From: an uncultured candidate division Zixibacteria bacterium
GTDB taxonomy: Bacteria; Zixibacteria; MSB-5A5; GN15; FEB-12
Direction: 5' to 3'
Length of the DNA stretch: 64,000 nucleotides
NCBI GenBank assembly: GCA_963735035.1
Contig: CAVTJJ010000006.1
Coordinates: forward strand, 384,001-448,000
Part shown: in pieces, positions 42,776-52,563 of the stretch
Numbering within the stretch: the stretch's first letter is position 1
Layout of the letters: the number at the start of each line of letters is the position of its first letter
The notes under the pieces: generated by a model
Seen by the model: the letters and a program-made list of their open reading frames with translations, nothing else
The model's database searches: none
What the model was told of the DNA's origin: nothing
Translations under genes and position numbers: made by a program

Positions 42776-43678
42776 TTACGGCATTTTCAAGCTGGTGACG
42801 TAGAAATCGGCGTCGTATTCAATTCCGACTTTGACGTTTACTTTTTGACCGGGCTGGAAACCTGCCTCAGGTTCGGTCATGCTCTCCTTGAGCACTCGGT
42901 CGCTGTCGAGTATATATCGCTCTTTGACCGACACGAGGATCCCTTCGGTATAGGCAAAATACAAGTGCCCTTTCGAGGTGATCTTGTCCACGCCCGAAAC
43001 CAACTCGTATTGCTTGGCCTTTCTGCTGGGAAGCGGGATGATACAGGTGCCGTCATATTCGATCACAACACAGTCGTATCCGCGCTCCCGCGCAAACGAT
43101 TTGACAGTGTACGTCGTGGACGCTTCCACGGGACCCTCAGGCAGGACCACGGTTGTGGTTTGAGTCCAGGAATATCCCTGACCCACTTCAACGTCTGGAA
43201 ATACCGGGTAGCCCTGTTTGTAGTATTCTTTCAGGTAATCCAGATTTCCCTTAGTGGTGTCCGAGGCAAACTCCATGTCCACCATACGGCCGTTCGGTTT
43301 CATATACTCGAGAATTGGCGGACCTTCCATCGGCGATGACTTGGTCGTATCGGAGGAGGTTTTGTCCAGCAAGTTGCGGGAACGCCATTGCGAGTTTTGG
43401 GTGGATACGATCTCGGCGGTTGAGTCTTCGAGAACGCGACGCACCTCATTGGCGATGTCGAGTGTAGACTCTACATACTCGTGTTGCAGCACCCGCTTGG
43501 TATCGCGATCTTCGACCTTTACCATTCCGCGAGCGATCTGCTGAGAGGTGGTTTTCATGCCGGGGACGTGCTTGTAGCGGATGTGGACTTTCTTGGTTCC
43601 CTGATCACAGGAACTCAGCCACGATCCACTCAGCAACAAGACGCACGCCCACAGAAGCGCGTACTTGGATTTTGTCAT
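42776..43678 (-). CDS. hypothetical lipoprotein
   Basis: Lipobox-like LSSC; beta-rich; FPD.EV..G.SW motif. Confidence 0.75.
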   Translation of the reverse strand: MTKSKYALLWACVLLLSGSWLSSCDQGTKKVHIRYKHVPGMKTTSQQIARGMVKVEDRDTKRVLQHEYVESTLDIANEVRRVLEDSTAEIVSTQNSQWRSRNLLDKTSSDTTKSSPMEGPPILEYMKPNGRMVDMEFASDTTKGNLDYLKEYYKQGYPVFPDVEVGQGYSWTQTTTVVLPEGPVEASTTYTVKSFARERGYDCVVIEYDGTCIIPLPSRKAKQYELVSGVDKITSKGHLYFAYTEGILVSVKERYILDSDRVLKESMTEPEAGFQPGQKVNVKVGIEYDADFYVTSLKMP

Positions 43679-43708
43679 TAGGCAGGTCACTCCGTTTGCA
43701 GTTAGTCC

Positions 43709-44260
43709 TCATCTACCTCCGCCGGTTCCCGACGAAAGGCCGAGACCGGACGAACTGGCCAGCATACCGGGGGTGCCTACCAACAGCATGCTGCCGGCGA
43801 TGAGCGCTTGCTCATCGTCTGATATATAGTTGACCCGGGAAGGCGATGCCTGGTCTTCCGAAGTCACCGAGCTAAGATGCGGCTCCCCGCTGAAGGGTGA
43901 CGAAGAGCCGATCAACAACGATCCGAAGAAAATTACGAGAGAAGCCGCCACCGCTATCATAGCGCGATAGAATGACCTTCTTTCGACCGACCGACGCGCG
44001 ATCTCGTCCGAGACCACTACAAACTCCGGCGTCTCGACCGTTCGGGCCCGAATGAGGTCCGCCGATTCCTGCCAATAGGAATCCGACGGTTCGGGAACGG
44101 TCAGCCCGGACATCAACTGGCGCAGACGCGCGGTCTCTTCGTATTCCTCCCGACAGGAGACACACACGTTCAAATGGGCTCGTACCGAGGTTTCGAGCGG
44201 GGGAGGGAGCTCCCGGTCCAGAAGATCGTCCAGGAGCGATCTAAAATACAAGCATGTCAT
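43709..44260 (-). CDS. zinc-finger (zf-HC2/ZAS) anti-sigma factor
   Basis: MTC..., HLNVCVSC (Hx3Cx2C), one TM; directly downstream of the ECF sigma. Confidence 0.9.
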   Translation of the reverse strand: MTCLYFRSLLDDLLDRELPPPLETSVRAHLNVCVSCREEYEETARLRQLMSGLTVPEPSDSYWQESADLIRARTVETPEFVVVSDEIARRSVERRSFYRAMIAVAASLVIFFGSLLIGSSSPFSGEPHLSSVTSEDQASPSRVNYISDDEQALIAGSMLLVGTPGMLASSSGLGLSSGTGGGR

Positions 44261-44262
44261 TC

Positions 44263-44835
44263 TTACTCCTTGGCGGAAAGGCGCTTCTTAAGTATCGCCT
44301 TGAGCTTTTTTCTAGCTATGTGCAGGTTGGATCGAACGGTCGCTTCGGGACAATCCAAGATGCCGGCCACTTCTGTCTTCGTATAGCCTTCGACATCGTG
44401 CAGCAGCACCGTGGTCTTCTGTCTTGGTGGCAGAGTGTCCAGCGCCATTCGGATCTCTTCCATCATCACCTTGTTCCTTAGGTCGTCCTGCGGCGTCTTG
44501 ACGTGTCGGGCCAGTTCCATCTGGACTTCGCCGGGGAGTGCGGTAGAGTCATCTATCTGACTGTGACCCTTCTGCTTACGAAGAAGGTCAATCGCGTAGT
44601 TGGTGGCTACCCGCACCAGGAACGAGGTGAAGTTGGTTACATCCGTCAACTCCTTTCGTCGTCGGTAGATCCGTACAAAGGTCTCCTGCACTACTTCGTC
44701 GGCGTCCAAATGGTTGCCCAGCATCTGGAAGGCCAGCGTATAGACCTTCTTCTGATACCGGGCGACCAGCCCGGCAAAAGCGGTGCTATCGCCCTGAACG
44801 AATCTCTGCAGCAACTCTGGGACGTTATCGTTCAT
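44263..44835 (-). CDS. ECF sigma-70 family sigma factor
   Basis: ADEVVQETF, VATNYAID.LRK, LPPRQK, TVRSNLHIARKKL. Confidence 0.94.
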   Translation of the reverse strand: MNDNVPELLQRFVQGDSTAFAGLVARYQKKVYTLAFQMLGNHLDADEVVQETFVRIYRRRKELTDVTNFTSFLVRVATNYAIDLLRKQKGHSQIDDSTALPGEVQMELARHVKTPQDDLRNKVMMEEIRMALDTLPPRQKTTVLLHDVEGYTKTEVAGILDCPEATVRSNLHIARKKLKAILKKRLSAKE

Positions 44836-44863
44836 GGTTTCCCAGAGCTCTATCTAAATCAAG

Positions 44864-44889
44864 GACGTACAAAGGCTTCGAGTGTTCAA
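44864..44889 (-). promoter_or_regulatory. putative autoregulatory ECF promoter (TTGAAC-N16-CGTC)
   Basis: Lies 28 nt upstream of the sigma ATG; AAC/CGT elements are typical of ECF promoters. Confidence 0.55.
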
Positions 44890-45112
44890 TCGGTCTAGGG
44901 TTTGTTTAACAACAATCGGGCCAATCTTGTCAAGCTGGTCCCTTTTGTCAATCCTTTTTTTGCCAACGACTTAGCTGTAAAGCCCCGCAATTGGAGAGTT
45001 TACGGGTGACTCCACGTACCCAATCTGAGACTGGACAAGTGAGACCTTCTTTCGAAATCGATGCTTAGGACTAGCCGAGAAAGCCCCAAATTCAATTCGG
45101 CGGTATCTTCGC

Positions 45113-45219
45113 GAGCCGGCAGATGTGGGTCCGCCGCGGCGGACCGGGCACGTAACCTCACTCCCGCCACGCCTCTTGAGATCGCCACGGCCCCCGACCG
45201 GGTCGGGCCTCGCGATGAC
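45113..45219. repeat. REP-like mosaic
   Basis: GCCGGCAGATGTGGG, GGTCCGCC-gc-GGCGGACC, GAGATCGCCACGG...CCTCGCGATGAC; shares parts with the 128-bp array. Confidence 0.6.
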
Positions 45220-45295
45220 TGGCCTGAGGCCTTTCAACGCGAGCATAATTTGAGCCAGGATCCCAACAACCTGACCCGTACCGACTCGATAATCG

Positions 45296-45324
45296 TTGAC
45301 ATTGGTCGATAACGCCGATATACT
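45296..45324 (+). promoter_or_regulatory. sigma-70 promoter of tRNA-Ala
   Basis: TTGACA-N17-TATACT followed by a GC-rich discriminator. Confidence 0.85.
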
Positions 45325-45336
45325 TGGGCCGCCATT

Positions 45337-45412
45337 GGGGCTATAGCTCAGTTGGGAGAGCGCTTGACTGGCAGTCAAGAGGTCGGGAGTTCGACCCTCC
45401 CTAGCTCCACCA
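45337..45412 (+). tRNA. tRNA-Ala(GGC)
   Basis: GGGGCTA acceptor, anticodon arm CTTGA-CTGGCAG-TCAAG, GTTCGA T-loop, encoded CCA. Confidence 0.97.
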
Positions 45413-45418
45413 AATTCC

Positions 45419-45449
45419 AAACCCCTGCTTCCGCAGGGGTTTTCATTTT
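45419..45449 (+). terminator. intrinsic terminator after the tRNA
   Basis: AAACCCCTGC-ttcc-GCAGGGGTTTT. Confidence 0.85.
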
Positions 45450-45549
45450 CAGACCGTAAATTGGCTCTGAAACAAATCGACCGGCGCCGTCGTAACATCC
45501 GTGTAGATAGACCAAATTGGCAGAGACCTCTACTCAAAGGGACAGCCGT

Positions 45550-47331
45550 ATGAGCACAAAGCTGTTAATTGCGTTGGTTACGCTGGTGGCGGCCGTATTC
45601 ACATCCTCGGCCGGGGCAGAAGTAATCGCGAACATCGACCATTTTCGCGAAGGTCAGATCGAGACGGCCGGATTCGAACTGCTCAAGGGCGGCGAGGTCA
45701 ATATCGACGCGGTCGGTCTGCGCCAGCCTCAGAACCGTCGCCTGGGCGTCTACGCCTGGATTATCGACACCAAGACGCGCGCCCTGGTCTGGTCGATGAC
45801 CTACACCAACAGTTCCCGCGAAGGTCTTCGTGGGCTCCTGCGCAAAACCGAAGAGAGCAAGTTTCTCGAACCAGGGAAGTACGAACTCTACATGTACGCC
45901 GGCAACCAGTGGAGCAACGGCAGCTTCACGTTCAGCGGCGGCAAGGACCTCTATGACGTCCTGAGCGATCTGATCGACAACAAAGACGCCGACTGGGAAG
46001 ATTACGACAACTACGACTGGACCCGCAACCTGGACGACTGCTATGTCAAGCTCTCATCCGATGAACTCAAGGCGACTGATTTCAAAGCGTTCGATGTGAC
46101 GGGCGAGATTCCGGGAGCGTTGGTGGCATTCAACCGTCTCGGCGACGATGAAAATATCGAGCAGGGGTTCACGCTTGACGAGCCGATGAATATCAAGATT
46201 TACGCTCTGGTCGAACACCCGGCCGGCACCAAGACGCCGTGTGATTTCGGCTGGATAATCAACACCGCCAACCGCGAGCGGGTGTGGGAAATCGATCGGT
46301 TCAATACCGAGCGGGCCGGTGGCGGACGCAAGAACCGGGTTTTCAACGACCAGGTCCGACTCGAAAAGGGCAACTACGTTCTTCACTATGTCACCGATGA
46401 TTCCCATTCGTGGAAAGATTTCAACATGGAGCCGCCGTTCGACCCGATGAACTGGGGCATCACGCTTCTGCCGGGGACCGATTTCAAAGCGGCGGCGTTT
46501 CATCTGACCGAGGTCAAGGACGAGCGCGGCAAGCCGCTTATCGATTTCACCCGCGCCCGCGACAACGAGAGTTTCGAGCAGGCCTTCGAGTTGACCAAAC
46601 CGGCCACGCTTTCGGTCTATGCTATCGGCGAATACTCGGACAACGATCATGAGTTTGTCGATCATGGCTGGATCGAAGACGCTTCTACCGGCGAAGCGAT
46701 CTGGGAGATGGATCGCGGCAACACCGAACCTGCGGGCGGCGGCGACAAGAACCGGATGTTCGACGGCTCTGTGGAACTCAAGCCCGGCAAGTATGTCGCG
46801 TACTATGTCACCGATGACTCGCATTCATACCGCAACTGGAACGTGGCGGCGCCCTACGATGCCAGCGCGTACGGTATGGCGATTTACGCCAAGGGCGAGC
46901 CGGCGGCAATCGGTTTCCGAATGATCGATGACGCTCAGACTCTCGAAGGTACGAACACCTGGTTCGGATTACCCGGGTGCGCGACGATGAACGTCGGCGC
47001 GAGAAATTCACGCTCGCCAAGGACACCGAGGTCCGTATTTACGCTATGGGCGAGGGGGTAGACGGGGATATGGCCGACTATGGCTGGATCGACAATGACG
47101 AGACGGGGAGAACGGTCTGGGAGATGACTTATCGGAAGACCGATCATGCCGGTGGCGCTGAGAAGAACCGGGTGTGTGACGATACGATTTTGCTGAAGGC
47201 CGGAACGTACGTGGTGTATTTCGAGACGGACGGTTCGCACTCGTACGGCAACTGGAACACGTGCCGCGCCGCGCCATCCCGAAAAATGGGGCATCACGGT
47301 CTCGGTCGCCGACGGCTTAGCGAAGAAATAG
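45550..47331 (+). CDS. secreted protein with four ~140-aa internal repeats; frameshifts near 46957 and 47261
   Basis: Signal peptide; repeated GWI..VWE..AGG..KNR..G.Y..TD(D/G)SHS; the last repeat is split across frames. Confidence 0.8.
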
Positions 47332-47336
47332 CACAC

Positions 47337-47535
47337 TAAGTCACCCTGAGCTGAGCCTGCTCTGAGCTTGACGAAGGGTGGCACGAAGAAATTGTAGGGC
47401 AGGTCCGCTTCGAACCTGCCAATAAGAAAACACCAGTCCTTACATTCTTGATACGCCAAACGGGGCGGCGACCACACGCCGCCCCTTCTTCTTATTGTTC
47501 AGTCACCCTCCGCGAAGACGGAGGGCCCAAGGGTG
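47337..47535. repeat. REP-like cluster at the left edge of the methyltransferase cassette
   Basis: Near copy of 38626-38670; GTAGGGCAGGT..ACCTGCC; GGGGCGGCG..CGCCGCCCC; CCCTCCG..CGGAGGG. Confidence 0.65.
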
Positions 47536-47666
47536 TCGAAATCAACCTTCTCGGGCGGGGGCACTCTGGGCTGCCTGTCACACATTTTTGCCCCTCACCC
47601 TTCAAATGTGATTCTTGTTGTGAAATATGAGGGATAGATTTATGATAACTATCAAGGGAGGATAAT

Positions 47667-48881
47667 ATGGAGAATTGGATGTCAGGTCACAGGAAGACGC
47701 AAATTTCGGAAGCGGACGTGTTCTTTTCGAGAGTCAACGGAAAGAAGCTGTCACAGAAGCACGCCTTCCGTCTTATTGACCTGTTTGCTGGAGCAGGGGG
47801 GTTATCTCTCGGTTTCAGCAGTCGCTTTGGCCACAACTTTCAACCGGTTTGGGCCAACGATACGGACCAATCTGCCGCAGCAACTTACAACGTGAATTTT
47901 GGGCAACATTGCCAAATAGGCGACATCGAGACGATCCTTCGAAGCAGATCGTTCACTGTCCCAAAAGCAGATGTCGTTATCGGAGGGCCACCCTGTCAGG
48001 GGTTCAGTCTCCTGAACAAAGACAGAGAAGGAGACGCAAGACGACAATTGTGGAAACCGTTCCTCGACATTGTGAAGCGAAGCGGGGCCGAGGTCTTTGT
48101 CATGGAAAACGTCCCGCAATTGCTGGGAACAGATGAACACGCAAGTATAGAGAAAGCTGCAAAGTCGATGGGTTTTGGAGTCGTCGCAGCCAAATTGTGC
48201 GCGGCAGACTATGGTGTGCCACAAGTGCGATATCGGGCATTCATCGTCGGGTCTAAAGTGTCCGATCCCAAGTCAGATTTTCCCCCAAAAAAGACGCACA
48301 TAGCGCCCGCGAATCGCAAGCGGAGTATACAGCTTGGTTTTGGCGATGGTAACGGTAACGGGAATTACCTCGAAAACCCAGAGGCTTGGCGAACACTACG
48401 CGATGTCATTTGGGACCTTCCAAATCCTGCCGGTACTGAGATTCGAGACGTGGCTCCGCCGATGGATCTACACTTTGGCAGGCGGCCGACAGAAACCAGT
48501 CTCCTCCGATACAAAGCCATACCCAAAGAAGGAATGAACCGGTTTGACCTACAACGTTTGGTGCCAGAGCTAACCCCCGCATGTTGGATTCGCAAGAAGA
48601 GTGGAGGAACGGATTTGTTCGGAAGGCTATGGTGGGATCGCCCAGCTTTCACTATTCGTACGGAGTTCTTCAAACCTGAGAAGGGCAGATATCTCCATCC
48701 GTCCGAACATAGGCCTATTACCCATCGAGAAGCAGCTCGGATACAGTCATTCCCGGATGACTTTCGTTTTGTTGGCACTAAGATCGAGATTGCAAAGCAG
48801 ATAGGGAATGCAGTGCCGCCGATGATGGCGGCTAGAGTGGCAGATTGTGTTTATGCACTTCTATTGCATGGTAAGAAGTGA
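47667..48881 (+). CDS. DNA (cytosine-5) methyltransferase
   Basis: DLFAGAGG, GGPPCQGFS, MENV, QxRxR, REAARIQSFPD, QIGNAVP. Confidence 0.96.
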   Translation: MENWMSGHRKTQISEADVFFSRVNGKKLSQKHAFRLIDLFAGAGGLSLGFSSRFGHNFQPVWANDTDQSAAATYNVNFGQHCQIGDIETILRSRSFTVPKADVVIGGPPCQGFSLLNKDREGDARRQLWKPFLDIVKRSGAEVFVMENVPQLLGTDEHASIEKAAKSMGFGVVAAKLCAADYGVPQVRYRAFIVGSKVSDPKSDFPPKKTHIAPANRKRSIQLGFGDGNGNGNYLENPEAWRTLRDVIWDLPNPAGTEIRDVAPPMDLHFGRRPTETSLLRYKAIPKEGMNRFDLQRLVPELTPACWIRKKSGGTDLFGRLWWDRPAFTIRTEFFKPEKGRYLHPSEHRPITHREAARIQSFPDDFRFVGTKIEIAKQIGNAVPPMMAARVADCVYALLLHGKK

Positions 48882-49303
48882 TGACTGATGTCTTCTCGAA
48901 GCGGAAGAGAAGCGAAATCATGTCTCGTGTAAAGGGTCGTGACACCAAGCCGGAATGTGTCGTGCGGTCAACCCTTCACCGTCTCGGTTACAGATTCAGA
49001 TTATCAGTCGGAGTTCTGCCGGGGAAACCGGATATTGTGCTAAGAAAGCATCACACAGTGGTCTTTGTCCATGGTTGCTTTTGGCACGGCCACCGTAGAT
49101 GCCGTAAGAGCTCAAGGCCGAGTACACATGCCAAGTTCTGGAATCAGAAGCTCGACAATAACATTGAGCGCGACCAGTCAATCCGTAGATTGCTAAGACG
49201 TCAAGGATGGCGCGTCTTGACGGTTTGGGAGTGCCAAACCAAGAACGTCGCAAAGCTTGAAGAACGACTTACTTCGTATCTCCAAAAGGGGGTTCCCGCA
49301 TGA
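48878..49303 (+). CDS. vsr: very short patch repair endonuclease
   Basis: DVFSKRKRSEIMSRVK..DTKPE, PGKPD, FVHGCFWHGH, VWEC. Confidence 0.95.
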   Translation: MMTDVFSKRKRSEIMSRVKGRDTKPECVVRSTLHRLGYRFRLSVGVLPGKPDIVLRKHHTVVFVHGCFWHGHRRCRKSSRPSTHAKFWNQKLDNNIERDQSIRRLLRRQGWRVLTVWECQTKNVAKLEERLTSYLQKGVPA

Positions 49304-49845
49304 GTGCAAGAGACAGAATCAGAAGCTTCTTAGAGAAACACGTAGGCAAGGTAGTGACTACGCAGGAAATCAGAAAGGTCGCGGGTATTAGCGAATACGC
49401 GAGGCGCATCCGCGAATTGAAAGACGACGAAGGAATGCAGATTCGGACTCACAATGACCGTCACGACCTTCGACCGGGGGAGTACATTCTTGAAAGTCTC
49501 GATCGCCATCCGGTAATCGACAGAGGTATATCCCCGCAGCTCCGAACGGAGATTCTGGAGCGCAACGGTTATACTTGCCAGCATTGTGGTGCGGGCCCAG
49601 GGGATCCTGATCCCTTCGATCCGAAGCGTAAACTCCGTTTGCACATTGATCACATTTTCCCCAAGAGTCAAGGAGGGTCAGATGAGAAGGACAACCTCCG
49701 AGTACTCTGTTCTGCGTGTAATCAGGGGCGGTCCAACATTCAACCAGCTTCTGAATCTGCACGTAACCTCATAGCCCGCATCCGCAAATGTTCCAGGGCC
49801 GTACAACTTGAGGTACTTGAAGCTTTGCGCAAGAAGTTTGATTAG
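49300..49845 (+). CDS. HNH endonuclease with N-terminal HTH-like region (putative restriction endonuclease)
   Basis: CQHCG, HIDHIFPKSQGG, NLRVLCSACN; ARRIREL. Confidence 0.88.
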   Translation: MSARDRIRSFLEKHVGKVVTTQEIRKVAGISEYARRIRELKDDEGMQIRTHNDRHDLRPGEYILESLDRHPVIDRGISPQLRTEILERNGYTCQHCGAGPGDPDPFDPKRKLRLHIDHIFPKSQGGSDEKDNLRVLCSACNQGRSNIQPASESARNLIARIRKCSRAVQLEVLEALRKKFD

Positions 49846-49936
49846 TGACCTTCTTGATGTGCGTGGAGTCAGTAGAGCAGCGATCACGGCCCTGTTTTTA
49901 ATTGAATTCCCTTCCTACACTCCCTATCCTCTTCCC

Positions 49937-50428
49937 ATGCGTGTTCTTGGGATCGATCCGGGTCTGAATATCACCGGCTATAGCATCCTCGACGTCCACG
50001 ACCGGCAAATCAAGCTGGTCGAGGCGGGAGTAGTGCGCACAAACCCGCATGCCGACATGGGCGAGCGGCTTCGCGAAATCGGCTGCGAGATCGGCCGGAT
50101 CATCGCGCAGTTTTCGCCGCAGGCGCTGGCGGTCGAAGAACTCTACTCGCACTACTCGCATCCGAAAACCGCCATCATCATGGGTCACGCGCGCGGTGTC
50201 ATCTTCAACAAAGCGGCCGAGGCGGGGCTGGCCATTTTCCCGTACGCCTCCACGCGGATCAAAAAATCTCTCACCGGCAACGGCCATGCCACCAAGGCCC
50301 AGGTGCAGCGCATGGTGCGCTCCACGCTCAACTTGCTCGAAGTGCCCGATCCGCCCGACGTGGCCGACGCGCTCGCGATTGCGCTCTGCCACTGCCGCTC
50401 GCTCGAACATCAGGAGGTCCTGTCGTGA
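49937..50428 (+). CDS. ruvC: Holliday junction resolvase RuvC
   Basis: LGIDPG, AVEE, GHARG, TGNG.A.K.QV, DVADALAIA. Confidence 0.95.
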   Translation: MRVLGIDPGLNITGYSILDVHDRQIKLVEAGVVRTNPHADMGERLREIGCEIGRIIAQFSPQALAVEELYSHYSHPKTAIIMGHARGVIFNKAAEAGLAIFPYASTRIKKSLTGNGHATKAQVQRMVRSTLNLLEVPDPPDVADALAIALCHCRSLEHQEVLS

Positions 50429-51073
50429 TAAGTCGTATCCGTGGCGTGCTGGTCCAGATAGCCGAGCAGTCGGCGCTGATCGAAAACGGGGGAGTCTCCT
50501 ACGAGATCCGGCTCCCGTCGGCGCTGGTGGACCGTCTCAAAGACGACAACCGGATCGGCTCGGAAATCCAGTTCGAGACGCTCTATTACATCGAGGCGGG
50601 CGACCGTCGCTCGAGCCACTACCCGACGGCTCGTGGGGTTCATCAACCCGATCGACCGGGAATTCTTCTCGCTCTATCTTCAGGTGCCCGGCATGGGGGT
50701 CACCAAGGGGCTGAAATCGCTGGTTCTGCCGGTGAGCGAGATAGCGGCCGCCATTGAGACCAAAGACGCTGGTACGCTCAAACGGCTCCCCGGGGTCGGT
50801 GGGCGGCTTGCTGACAAGATTATAGCGGAGTTGGTCGGGAAGTGCGCTCGGTTCGCCCTGGCGCGCGGCTCAGAGCCTCTGGCGGCCAAACCGAGCGTGG
50901 CCGCGCCTTTTGTCGAAGAAGCGATGGCGATTCTCGAGCAGTTGCAGTATACTCGCGGTGAGGCCAAAACTATGATCGACGCTGCTCTGAAAACCGACCC
51001 GAAAGTAAACCAGGCGGAAGACCTGATTTCGCTCGTATTCAAGTCCAGTCTGACGTCCAAGGGTGACGCCTGA
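50425..51073 (+). CDS. ruvA: Holliday junction DNA-binding protein RuvA; one frameshift near 50626
   Basis: MISRIRG..GGVSYEI; GF...DREFF, VPGMG, LPGVG..LA.KI; lies between ruvC and ruvB. Confidence 0.9.
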
Positions 51074-52098
51074 TGGGTATCGAACGGATAGTAGGCGCGG
51101 ATCAGCTCGGTCCCGACGAGGACCTGACCCAGTATTCGCTCCGGCCGCAGACGCTTAAGGAGTTCATCGGGCAGCGGGAGCTGTGCGGAAAACTGCAGGT
51201 GCTGCTTCAGGCGGCGCGGGGGCGCAACGAGCCGGTCGAGCATATGCTTCTGTACGGCCCACCCGGGCTGGGGAAAACCACGCTCGCGCATATTATCGCC
51301 CGCGAGATGGGATCGAAGATCATTTCGACTTCGGGGCCATCGTTGCAGCGCGCCGGCGACCTGATGGGAATTCTCACGAATTTGAACGAGGGTGATGTTC
51401 TATTCATCGACGAAATCCACCGGCTGTCATCGGTGATCGAGGAGTTCATCTATCCGGCGATGGAGGATTTCAAAGTAGATTTCGTGGTGGATAAAGGCGC
51501 GTTCGCGAAAGTCATCAATGTCCCCCTGAAGCGATTCACGTTGATCGGCGCCACCACCCGGGCGGGGATGCTCTCGGCGCCGTTGCGTGACCGGTTCGGG
51601 CTGTATTATCATCTCGATTTCTATCCGCCGGAAGATTTGGCGCAGGTGGTCATTCGTTCGGCGGCATTGCTCGACATCAGCATTGATCCGGAAGCTTCGA
51701 AAGTGGTGGCGGTTCGTTCACGCGGCACACCCCGTATTTCGAATCGGTTGCTGCGCCGCGTTCGTGATTATGCTGCGGTCAAGGGGGACGGCAAAGTTAC
51801 CCCTGAGATGGCGGTTCAGGCGCTGGAGGTCGAAGGTATTGACTCCATGGGGCTGGACGGGCTCGATCGGAAATTGATCGAGACGATCATCAAATATTAC
51901 CAGGGCGGCCCGGTTGGAATCGAGGCGTTAGGCGCGACCCTGAATGAGGAAATCGATACGCTAGTGGACATGGTTGAGCCGTTTTTGCTCAAAATCGGCT
52001 ATATTCAACGAACCCGGCGCGGACGGGTAGTCTCCGCCGAGGCGGCCAAGCATCTCGGTATGTTGTTGTCCCACAATCCACAACGCGACATGTTCTGA
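51073..52098 (+). CDS. ruvB: Holliday junction branch migration helicase RuvB
   Basis: LRPQ, GPPGLGKTT, FIDEIHR, GATTRAG, RGTPR. Confidence 0.97.
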   Translation: MGIERIVGADQLGPDEDLTQYSLRPQTLKEFIGQRELCGKLQVLLQAARGRNEPVEHMLLYGPPGLGKTTLAHIIAREMGSKIISTSGPSLQRAGDLMGILTNLNEGDVLFIDEIHRLSSVIEEFIYPAMEDFKVDFVVDKGAFAKVINVPLKRFTLIGATTRAGMLSAPLRDRFGLYYHLDFYPPEDLAQVVIRSAALLDISIDPEASKVVAVRSRGTPRISNRLLRRVRDYAAVKGDGKVTPEMAVQALEVEGIDSMGLDGLDRKLIETIIKYYQGGPVGIEALGATLNEEIDTLVDMVEPFLLKIGYIQRTRRGRVVSAEAAKHLGMLLSHNPQRDMF

Positions 52099-52212
52099 GC
52101 TATCTCGTCTTTGGGGGGAACTTCAGATAGTTTGGGGGGTTTAGTAATTCCGCTTGCACCCGATGTAATCAGAGCGCACTTTGCACGCCCTGTAAGCTGA
52201 TTTGGAGGATGT

Positions 52213-52530
52213 TTGAGTTTGACGGATAAAATTAAGGCACTCACGGACGAGCAACTTCGGTTGCTGGTCGACTCGATGTGCGTCCAGTTGGGCCGTGGCG
52301 GTCAGGAAGCGGTCCAGGTGGTCAATACGCTCATCAAGGAGACCGTCAAGTTCCGTGACAAGCTCAAACAGGAAACCGGCGAGATCCTGACTGTCAGTGA
52401 TACTCGCATTGCCCTGGAAGCTCTTACCGAGCATCTCAAGGGTCGCAAGCTGACCAATGGTCTGACGCCTGAGCAGAAGGCGCTTACCCAGATTTGGATC
52501 GACCGCCTGACCTTGTTCAAAGCCGTATGA
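52213..52530 (+). CDS. hypothetical helical protein
   Basis: GGAGG RBS, TTG start, host-like codon usage. Confidence 0.7.
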   Translation: MSLTDKIKALTDEQLRLLVDSMCVQLGRGGQEAVQVVNTLIKETVKFRDKLKQETGEILTVSDTRIALEALTEHLKGRKLTNGLTPEQKALTQIWIDRLTLFKAV

Positions 52531-52563
52531 CCGAGCCCCCGGCCCGTAAGCCGGATCGCTCTC

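Noticed and set aside
44971..45537. 188-aa minus-strand ORF
   Set aside because: It is antisense to tRNA-Ala, its promoter and REP elements
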